From: Arcobacteraceae bacterium
GTDB taxonomy: Bacteria > Campylobacterota > Campylobacteria > Campylobacterales > Arcobacteraceae
Direction: 5' to 3'
NCBI GenBank assembly: GCA_963662945.1
Contig: OY759974.1
Coordinates: 832,001 to 896,000 of the forward strand
Length of the DNA: 64,000 nt
Shown: positions 56,768 to 64,000 of the stretch, piece after piece
Layout of the letters: the number at the start of each line of letters is the position of its first letter
Position numbering within the stretch: the stretch's first letter is position 1
Made by a program: the position numbers and the translations under genes
Notes under the pieces: model-generated
What the model saw: only the letters and a program-made list of their open reading frames with translations
What the model was told of the DNA's origin: nothing
Databases searched by the model: none

Positions 56768-57067
56768 CTAACTATCTAACCTACAAACTATTTCACCGGT
56801 CCAAGATACATAAGTACTTTTTTTATCTTCTTCCAATTGTATTGAATTTTCCAAAGCATATTGTTTTAACATATGTTCCAACTTTTCTTCCCCATAATGC
56901 TCAACTAAAAAGTTTTCCATAATTGTGAATTTTTGTACAAATTGATCAAATTGATCTTTTACTAAATCATCACTAGCTTGATTTGCTATATCCCAAAATT
57001 TTGATTTTGGAGTTCCACCAAAAATGTTTTCTTCATCTTCAAATAATGCATCATATTTACTCATCAT
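56768..57067 (-). CDS. DUF2018-like protein
   Basis: IFGGTPKSKFWDI motif; adjacent to ispB. Confidence 0.65.
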   Translation of the reverse strand: MMSKYDALFEDEENIFGGTPKSKFWDIANQASDDLVKDQFDQFVQKFTIMENFLVEHYGEEKLEHMLKQYALENSIQLEEDKKSTYVSWTGEIVCRLDS

Positions 57068-57076
57068 ATTTTCCTT

Positions 57077-58369
57077 TTATTTATCTAATCTTACTCTAAC
57101 ACTTTGTGCGTGTGCAGTTAAACTTTCTGTATCTGCTAAAAGTGCACACTCTTTTCCAACTTCATTGATAGCTTTTTTACTAAAGCTTATGATAGAACTT
57201 TTTTTCATAAAGTTTTCTACATTTAATGGGCTATAAAATTTTGCTGTTCCACCTGTTGGAAGTGTATGGTTTGGTCCAGCTATATAATCGCCAATAGGCT
57301 CAGGTGTATTTTCACCTAAGAAAATAGCTCCTGCATGTTTAATACTTGGAAGTAATTCAAATGGATTTTGTGTCATAACCTCTAAATGCTCTGGGGCAAT
57401 CTCATTCATCAACTCAATAGCATATTCCATAGTATCAGTAATTATAATACAACCTCTCTCATCTATAGATTTTTTAGCTATTTCACTTCTACTTAAAACT
57501 TTTAAATAGTTATCAACTTCTACACTTGTTGCTTGTGCCACACTTTCATCAGTTGTAATCATAATAGAACTAGCCATCTCATCATGCTCTGCTTGAGAAA
57601 GTAAATCTATAGCTAAATAGTTTGGTTTTGCACTACTATCTGCTAATATTCCTATCTCAGATGGTCCAGCAATCATATCAATATTTACTTCACCAAATAC
57701 AAGTTTTTTAGCAGTTGCCACAAAAATATTTCCAGGTCCAGTAACAACATCCACTTTTTTTAGTGACTCTGTTCCATATGCCATAGCAGCAACAGCACTA
57801 GCACCACCAACTTTACAAACTGTTTTTATCCCACATAAATGACACGCTGCAAGAAGTAATTCATTTGGTTCATTATCAGGAGTTGGTGTACATACAACTA
57901 TCTCTTCAACTCCAGCCACAATTGCAGGAATTGCATTCATCAAAAGCGAACTAGGATATGCAGCTTTTCCACCTGGAATATAAAGCCCTGCTCTATCTAC
58001 TGGTGTTACTTTTTGCCCAAGTATAGTTCCATTGTCTTCAAAATCTAACCAAGATTTTGGAAGTTGTTTTTCATGGTATACTTTTATTCTATCGTACGCT
58101 AAATGAAGTGATTTTCTCAAATCATCACTTAAATTATTATATGCTTTTTCCATATCTTTTACATCTACAAAAAGCTCTTCATCATTTTTTGGTGTCCAAT
58201 TGTCAAATTTTGCAATATGTTCTTTAACTGCACTATTTCCATTTTGAACTATATCATCGATTATACCATTTACAATAGAACTTACTTTCTTGATATCAAC
58301 TTTAGCTCGACCTAAAATCTCTTCAAACTCTGCTTTAAAATTACTATCTTTTGTATTTATTATTTTCAT
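57077..58369 (-). CDS. hisD: Histidinol dehydrogenase
   Basis: GLYIPGG, IDMIAGPSE, SQAEHD and APEHL motifs. Confidence 0.97.
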   Translation of the reverse strand: MKIINTKDSNFKAEFEEILGRAKVDIKKVSSIVNGIIDDIVQNGNSAVKEHIAKFDNWTPKNDEELFVDVKDMEKAYNNLSDDLRKSLHLAYDRIKVYHEKQLPKSWLDFEDNGTILGQKVTPVDRAGLYIPGGKAAYPSSLLMNAIPAIVAGVEEIVVCTPTPDNEPNELLLAACHLCGIKTVCKVGGASAVAAMAYGTESLKKVDVVTGPGNIFVATAKKLVFGEVNIDMIAGPSEIGILADSSAKPNYLAIDLLSQAEHDEMASSIMITTDESVAQATSVEVDNYLKVLSRSEIAKKSIDERGCIIITDTMEYAIELMNEIAPEHLEVMTQNPFELLPSIKHAGAIFLGENTPEPIGDYIAGPNHTLPTGGTAKFYSPLNVENFMKKSSIISFSKKAINEVGKECALLADTESLTAHAQSVRVRLDK

Positions 58370-58383
58370 TTTTCTCTTCTTTT

Positions 58384-58893
58384 CTAAATTGCTTTTAAAA
58401 TATTTTGCACTGCTTTTTGCTCATCAAAATCATTTACATCTATGATAATATCTGCAACTGCTTCATACTCTTTCACTCTTTGTTTATAAATCTCTTTTGC
58501 TTTATCTAAGTCTTCTAACAAAGGTCTTTTTTTGAATTTTGATTTTGAATTTGGTGCTTTTTTAAGTCTTTGAATTATACTTTCGAAACTTGCTTTTAAA
58601 TATATTACCTTACCGATTTTATGAATATTTTCTTGTCGATAAAATCCACCACCTGTTGAGATAATAGTACCTGTAAGATTTTGTTCACACCATAATGCAC
58701 ATTTTTTTTCTAAGCTCCTAAAATATGGTTCGCCTTGCTTAGCAAATATTTTCTTTATCTTTGTATTTTCCAAGCTCTCAATTAAATCATCAGTATCAAC
58801 TGCAAAATAATCACTTTGCGCAACTAATGCTCTAGCAATAGTTCCTTTACCAACACCCATAAAACCAATTAGTATAATATTCTCTTTACTCAT
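58384..58893 (-). CDS. aroK: Shikimate kinase
   Basis: GFMGVGKGT, GEPYFR, STGGG and RPLL motifs. Confidence 0.95.
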   Translation of the reverse strand: MSKENIILIGFMGVGKGTIARALVAQSDYFAVDTDDLIESLENTKIKKIFAKQGEPYFRSLEKKCALWCEQNLTGTIISTGGGFYRQENIHKIGKVIYLKASFESIIQRLKKAPNSKSKFKKRPLLEDLDKAKEIYKQRVKEYEAVADIIIDVNDFDEQKAVQNILKAI

Positions 58894-58988
58894 AAGTATT
58901 ATTATATCTTCTAATTACTTAATTTATTTAGAGTTTAATTTGGGATTAGATATAATGGCAAAAATTTAGAATATAAAGAGATTTAAAT

Positions 58989-60269
58989 ATGGGTCAAACA
59001 ATAACAGAAAAAATATTTAGTGAACATGTAGGACATGATGTATTTGCGGGTGAAATCGTAAGAAGTCCTATTGATATGGTTATAGGAAATGATATAACTA
59101 CCCCTATATCTATAAAAGCATTTGAAGAGAGTGGTGCACAAAAGTTAGCAAATCCAGATGGATTTTCTATAGTACTTGACCATTTTATCCCTGCAAAAGA
59201 TATAGCTTCTGCAAATCAAGCAAAAATCAGTAGAGATTTTGCAGCAAAACACAACTTAAAAAACTTTTTTGATGAAAAAGATATGGGTATAGAACACGCA
59301 CTTTTACCAGAAAAAGGACTTGTGATCCCTGGTGATGTTATCATTGGTGCAGATAGTCACACATGTACACACGGTGCTCTTGGTGCATTTAGTACAGGAA
59401 TGGGTAGTACAGATTTAGCATTTGCTATGGTTACAGGTGGAAACTGGTTTAAAGTTCCTGAGTCTATTAAAGTAGTGTTTAGTGGAAAGCCAAGAGACTT
59501 TGTAACAGGAAAAGATTTGATCTTAGAAATTATTAGAATGATTGGTGTTGATGGTGCATTATATAAAACATTAGAATTTACAGGTGATACAATCCAATAC
59601 TTAACTATGGATGATAGATTTGCTTTATGTAATATGGCTATTGAAGCTGGTGCAAAATCTGGAATAGTAGCTTATGATGAGATTACAAAAGAATTTTTAG
59701 ATGGCAGAATTGAAGCAAATGGAAGTTTAAGAGCAGAACCAAAAATACATTATAGCGATGAAGATGCTAACTATTGTCAAGTTTTAGAAATAGATGTTGC
59801 TAACTTAGAACCAGTGATTGCATATCCTTTCTTACCAGAAAATGGACATAGTATTTCACAAGCTGTTGTAGATAACATTAGAGTTGATCAAGTATTTATA
59901 GGAAGCTGTACAAATGGAAGATTAAGTGACTTAAAAGTTGCAAGTGAAATTTTAAATGGTAAAAAGCTTGCATCACATGTTAGAATGATAGTAACACCAG
60001 GTACACAAAAGATATTAAGAGAAGCTACAAAACTAGGATATATAGATATTTTAGTGGATGCAGGAGCAGTTGTTTCTAATCCAACTTGTGGTGCCTGTCT
60101 TGGTGGATATATGGGTATTTTAGGAGATGGTGAAGTATGTATCTCTACAACAAATAGAAACTTTGTTGGAAGAATGGGAAGTAGAACCTCAAAAGTATAT
60201 CTTTCTAATAGTGCCGTTGCAGCAGCTAGTGCAATAAGTGGATATATTACAGATCCAGCTACAATATAA
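58989..60269 (+). CDS. leuC: 3-isopropylmalate dehydratase large subunit
   Basis: GADSHTCT, GSCTNGR, CGACLG and STTNRNF motifs. Confidence 0.9.
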   Translation: MGQTITEKIFSEHVGHDVFAGEIVRSPIDMVIGNDITTPISIKAFEESGAQKLANPDGFSIVLDHFIPAKDIASANQAKISRDFAAKHNLKNFFDEKDMGIEHALLPEKGLVIPGDVIIGADSHTCTHGALGAFSTGMGSTDLAFAMVTGGNWFKVPESIKVVFSGKPRDFVTGKDLILEIIRMIGVDGALYKTLEFTGDTIQYLTMDDRFALCNMAIEAGAKSGIVAYDEITKEFLDGRIEANGSLRAEPKIHYSDEDANYCQVLEIDVANLEPVIAYPFLPENGHSISQAVVDNIRVDQVFIGSCTNGRLSDLKVASEILNGKKLASHVRMIVTPGTQKILREATKLGYIDILVDAGAVVSNPTCGACLGGYMGILGDGEVCISTTNRNFVGRMGSRTSKVYLSNSAVAAASAISGYITDPATI

Positions 60270-60307
60270 TTAAAATAAATATTTATTTTTTTATAATTTA
60301 TACAATT

Positions 60308-60334
60308 AAATAGTACATATCTTATGTACTATTT
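60308..60334 (+). terminator. Hairpin after leuC
   Basis: AAATAGTACATA-tct-TATGTACTATTT. Confidence 0.55.
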
Positions 60335-60585
60335 ATAATTGATTATTTAAAGTTTTAATTTATAATATTCTTATTTAAAATTACAAATTATTCTTTTTTC
60401 TCCTTTAAACACTATACTTTCAGTCAAGCCAAATATATTCTACTTAAAACAAAAAGTTATAATTATAAAACAAAACATAAGTTAAACTAATAAATAAAAT
60501 TATTTGAACCCCAGTCAATTTAAGTTATGTATTATTTTCTTTGTGTTAATCTTTCTCATAAATTTAATTTTACAAAAAGGAAACT

Positions 60586-62082
60586 ATGATGATTGAGAAT
60601 AGAAATGTTCAAAAAGACTTAGAGCAATTAGACGCTATATTAAAAGAGCAAGGTATCTCTAGAAGAGATGCGATGAAAATGATGGGAGTTGGTAGTTTAT
60701 CTGCACTTATGATGGGTACAGAAGCTGAAGCTGCTACAGTTGCTCAAGCAAGTGATGCAAAAGGTAAAATTGTAATTATTGGTGGTGGTTTATCAGGTAT
60801 GTCAACTGCTGCAAGACTTACAAATAGTTTATCAAATCCAGATATCACTGTTATTGAACCAAATGAAGTTTCTACAAGTTACCAACCAGGTCAAACACTA
60901 GTAGGTGCTGGTCTTTGGGATAAAAGTGAAATAGTTTATAAAAGAGATGATTTTGTTCCTGCAGGTACAAAAATAGTAAAAGAAAAAGTAACTGAAGTTG
61001 ATGCTGATAACAATACAGTAGTAACTGATAAAGGTACTAAAATTACTTATGATTTCTTAATTGTTGCAGCTGGTGTTAAACTTAACTATGGTGCAATTAA
61101 AGGTTTAGAAGAAGCTGGTGAAGCTTATGCAAATGGAGACAACTCACAATTAGTTAAAATTCTTGATTCTGTTGGTGCTTCATCAATCTATACAGCAGAT
61201 GGTGCAGAAGCAACATGGAAACATATGCAAAAATTTGTTGCAGATGCAAAATCAGGTAAAAAAGTAAAAGGTGTTTATACACATCCAAATACACCAATCA
61301 AATGTGGTGGTGCTCCTAAAAAGATTATGTACCTAACAAATGCAAGACTTGAGGAAGCTGGTGCTAGAGCAAATGCTGATTTACATTTCTATCCAAATGG
61401 TGGTTCAATGTTCGGTATTAAAGATTACCATGATGCAATCGTAAAACAATACGAAGCTAGAGGTATGAAATGGAGCTATAACCATAACTTAATCGAAGTT
61501 AAAAATGGAACAGCAATTTTTGATCATCACACTAAAAAACAAGGTGCTTTTGATAAAGATTTAGGTGAGTACGAAATGATTACAACTCATGAAAATGTTG
61601 AAGTACCATTTGATTTCTTACATATTACACCTCCAATGAAAGCTCCAGATGAAATCGGTAATTCTTCTGTTGGTTCAGGAAAAGGTTGGATTCCAGTAAA
61701 TAAAGAAACACTACAACACGTTAAATACAAAAATGTATTTGCATTAGGTGATATTGCTGCTGTTCCAATGGGAAAAACTGGTGGATCTGCTAGAAAACAA
61801 TACAAAGTTTTAGTTAACAATGTAATCTCTATGATGGAAAAAGGTGAAATACCTGCTTCTAATGCTAAGTACGATGGATACACAGTTTGTCCACTTATTA
61901 CAAGCATCGGTACTGTTATGTTAGCTGAGTTTAACTGGGAATCTAAAAAACTTGGAAGTGGTAAAAATGCAGCATTATTATCATTCTTAGATCCAACTCA
62001 AGAAAGATACATCTGGTGGTTATTAAAAGTTTACTTACTTAAACCAATGACTCAATACGGTATGTTATCTGGTAAAGCATAA
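60586..62082 (+). CDS. sqr: Tat-exported sulfide:quinone oxidoreductase family flavoprotein
   Basis: SRRDAMK Tat motif, GGGLSG, YQPG, IKCGGAP, ALGD and YDGYTVCP motifs. Confidence 0.8.
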   Translation: MMIENRNVQKDLEQLDAILKEQGISRRDAMKMMGVGSLSALMMGTEAEAATVAQASDAKGKIVIIGGGLSGMSTAARLTNSLSNPDITVIEPNEVSTSYQPGQTLVGAGLWDKSEIVYKRDDFVPAGTKIVKEKVTEVDADNNTVVTDKGTKITYDFLIVAAGVKLNYGAIKGLEEAGEAYANGDNSQLVKILDSVGASSIYTADGAEATWKHMQKFVADAKSGKKVKGVYTHPNTPIKCGGAPKKIMYLTNARLEEAGARANADLHFYPNGGSMFGIKDYHDAIVKQYEARGMKWSYNHNLIEVKNGTAIFDHHTKKQGAFDKDLGEYEMITTHENVEVPFDFLHITPPMKAPDEIGNSSVGSGKGWIPVNKETLQHVKYKNVFALGDIAAVPMGKTGGSARKQYKVLVNNVISMMEKGEIPASNAKYDGYTVCPLITSIGTVMLAEFNWESKKLGSGKNAALLSFLDPTQERYIWWLLKVYLLKPMTQYGMLSGKA

Positions 62083-62110
62083 TATTATCAACTAAATTTT
62101 AGTTAGATTT

Positions 62111-62143
62111 AAAGCCCTAAACTTCAAGGTTTAGGGCTTTTTT
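62111..62143 (+). terminator. Intrinsic terminator after sqr
   Basis: AAAGCCCTAAAC/GTTTAGGGCTTT stem plus T-run. Confidence 0.85.
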
Positions 62144-62189
62144 ATTTATATTATATTACAATTCCAAAATTAATTTTAAGTGAGTTTAT

Positions 62190-62411
62190 ATGAAAAAAGA
62201 GATTATTATTTTTATAGGATTGTTTTTATTTTTAGCTATTGGTATGCATTTTAAACAATGGCTTGATCATCCAATTGATCATCTAATGAATATGCCACAT
62301 GGTGGAGCTTTTGGAGTACCAGGTATTATTCATCCATTTGTTTTTACATTTATATTATATTTTATTGTAAGATTTCCTGTTTTTATCAAAAAGCTTTTTT
62401 CTAAAAAGTAG
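62190..62411 (+). CDS. Small two-TM hypothetical protein
   Basis: 73-aa ATG ORF with two hydrophobic helices. Confidence 0.65.
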   Translation: MKKEIIIFIGLFLFLAIGMHFKQWLDHPIDHLMNMPHGGAFGVPGIIHPFVFTFILYFIVRFPVFIKKLFSKK

Positions 62412-63009
62412 TTTTTATTAACTCTTTTTTTACCCTTTCCACTTCATTTTGTAGGTGGGGTAAATCTAAGCTATTATCTATTACATAAGTAGCTAATATT
62501 TTTTTCTCTTCTATGTCCATTTGGTTATTGATTTTTACTTGTGCTTCATCGTATGTACAATTATCACGTTTCACTAATCTTTGAATTTGTATCTCTTTAG
62601 GTACATATACGACAATTGAAGTTCTTATGTCATAGTTTTGTTTTTCAAAAAAAAGAGGAATATCTATAAGGTATGGCTTTTTCTGTAATTCAAATACTTT
62701 TGCTTCTTTAATAATCTCTTCTTTAATTAAAGGATGGATAAAATTTTCTAAACGTTCTTTTTGAACTTCATCATTAAAAATCAAATTTCCAAGTTTTTTT
62801 CTCAATACTTTTTGATTTTCTATATATTCTTTTCCAAAAAGTTGTTCAATATCTTTATAATGGATATCTAAAAGTTTATGTGCAATTTTATCTGCATCAA
62901 TTGTTAAAAAACCATGTAGTTTAAAAAGTGATGCAACAGTACTTTTCCCTGTTGCAATTCCACCTGTAAGTGCTACGGCATGGGTAAATTCTTGATTATC
63001 TTTTGGCAA
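62401..63009 (-). CDS. coaE: Dephospho-CoA kinase
   Basis: LTGGIATGKS, DADKIAH and DIPLFFE motifs; start probably the TTG at 63009. Confidence 0.93.
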   Translation of the reverse strand: MPKDNQEFTHAVALTGGIATGKSTVASLFKLHGFLTIDADKIAHKLLDIHYKDIEQLFGKEYIENQKVLRKKLGNLIFNDEVQKERLENFIHPLIKEEIIKEAKVFELQKKPYLIDIPLFFEKQNYDIRTSIVVYVPKEIQIQRLVKRDNCTYDEAQVKINNQMDIEEKKILATYVIDNSLDLPHLQNEVERVKKELIKTTF

Positions 63010-63547
63010 TACCAGTAATCCCTTTAGTAATATATGTTGGATAAACAAAACAAGCATTATGTAATTCAGTATTATAATAGTTACACCCTTCTAATAAATC
63101 AGAAGTATGAAGTACAATCTCTGCTTGTGGATGATATTTTTTTGAAGCAAATATTAGAGTATTATGTCCAAAACTATATGGCATACATATCCAGAAATTT
63201 TTTCCTACTGTTTCTAACTCTTTTTTAGAAACTTCTAAATCTTTATATATAAAAGAAGCTTTTGTTACAAAAATACCTTTTGTTTGTTCTAAACATCTAT
63301 CAACTGATGCCATAAACATTTCATCAAAATTTTCCTCTTTATTATAAAGGATTATATCAAAAGTTCCTTCTATATTGAGATTATCAGTAAATATAACATC
63401 TTTACATTTGTGTTTGTCTAACTCTATTTTAAACTCAGGTGAAACTTCACCTACTACTAATATTTTATTTATATATTTATGAGAACATAAAGGCACATGT
63501 ACCATCATCTCATCATAAGCAAAGTTTTTGTTATCGCAGTTTGCCAT
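62996..63547 (-). CDS. Short spermidine synthase-like protein
   Basis: YDEMMVHVPLCSH, KILVVG, ASKKYHP and YYNTELHNACF; only 183 aa. Confidence 0.75.
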   Translation of the reverse strand: MANCDNKNFAYDEMMVHVPLCSHKYINKILVVGEVSPEFKIELDKHKCKDVIFTDNLNIEGTFDIILYNKEENFDEMFMASVDRCLEQTKGIFVTKASFIYKDLEVSKKELETVGKNFWICMPYSFGHNTLIFASKKYHPQAEIVLHTSDLLEGCNYYNTELHNACFVYPTYITKGITGIAKR

Positions 63548-63634
63548 TTTGTATAAGCCTTTTAAATTAATTTTAGGTATAATACCAAAAAAATTTTAAA
63601 CTCAAATAACTTGGGTATATTAAAGGTAAAAATT

Positions 63635-63838
63635 ATGAATGTATATGAGAAGATACGAAATTTTTGTAGAAAATTTCGAATTACAGTTGGTTTAATAGCT
63701 ATTGCAATAGCTATATTATTTAGCAATCCTTGGTGGTATTTAGGAATAATTCCTCTTATTGCTGGATTAGCTGATTTCTGTCCAATTTGTATCATATCTA
63801 AAAAATGTGATTTACCTAAAGATGGGAAAGAAGCATAA
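63635..63838 (+). CDS. DUF2892 (YgaP-like) membrane protein
   Basis: RITVG...[15 protein letters not shown]; start taken as the ATG at 63635. Confidence 0.75.
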   Translation: MNVYEKIRNFCRKFRITVGLIAIAIAILFSNPWWYLGIIPLIAGLADFCPICIISKKCDLPKDGKEA

Positions 63839-64000
63839 TGGCAACAATATCATATAAAGATGCTGGAGTTGATATAGATGCAGGAAATAGTTTTGTAGAA
63901 AACATAAAACCGTATGTAAAATCTACTATGATTCCAGGTGTACTTGGTGGAATTGGTTCATTTGCTGGTGCTTTTGAATTACCAAAAGGATATAAAGAAC
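63838..64000 (+). CDS. purM: AIR synthase, 5' part (runs off window)
   Basis: [24 protein letters not shown]...[10 protein letters not shown]. Confidence 0.93.
   Translation, partial: MATISYKDAGVDIDAGNSFVENIKPYVKSTMIPGVLGGIGSFAGAFELPKGYKE

Overview
AT-rich chromosomal window of a Campylobacterota bacterium, most likely Arcobacteraceae (inferred from gene content and order). Most of it is housekeeping: murJ end, tRNA-Ser(GGA), pyrD, dapA, clpB, rpmH-rnpA-yidD-yidC-jag-mnmE, trmD-rplS, argH, nifSU, dapF, lpxB, gdhA, guaB, gatA, proS, ispB, hisD, aroK, leuC, sqr, coaE and the start of purM. Several c-di-GMP and sensor genes are interspersed. The accessory stretch at about 43.4-51.5 kb holds the main findings, none of which appear in the ORF track. 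(1) Two diverged copies of a ~170-bp element with 34-35 bp terminal inverted repeats and a 100-bp core, with compensatory changes in the arms, flank a znuC-znuB pair that has no znuA. (2) A decayed integron consists of a truncated intI N-terminus, an attI-like site, one cassette encoding an Abi/HEPN-like candidate anti-phage protein, and a degenerate attC. Other findings are an rnpA that can only start at a non-canonical codon (ATT), overlapping HAIR and CIRCE operators at clpB, two binding-protein/GGDEF-EAL pairs with no transporter, and a peroxidase/histidine kinase pair. All product calls come from motif recognition by eye; no database search was run.
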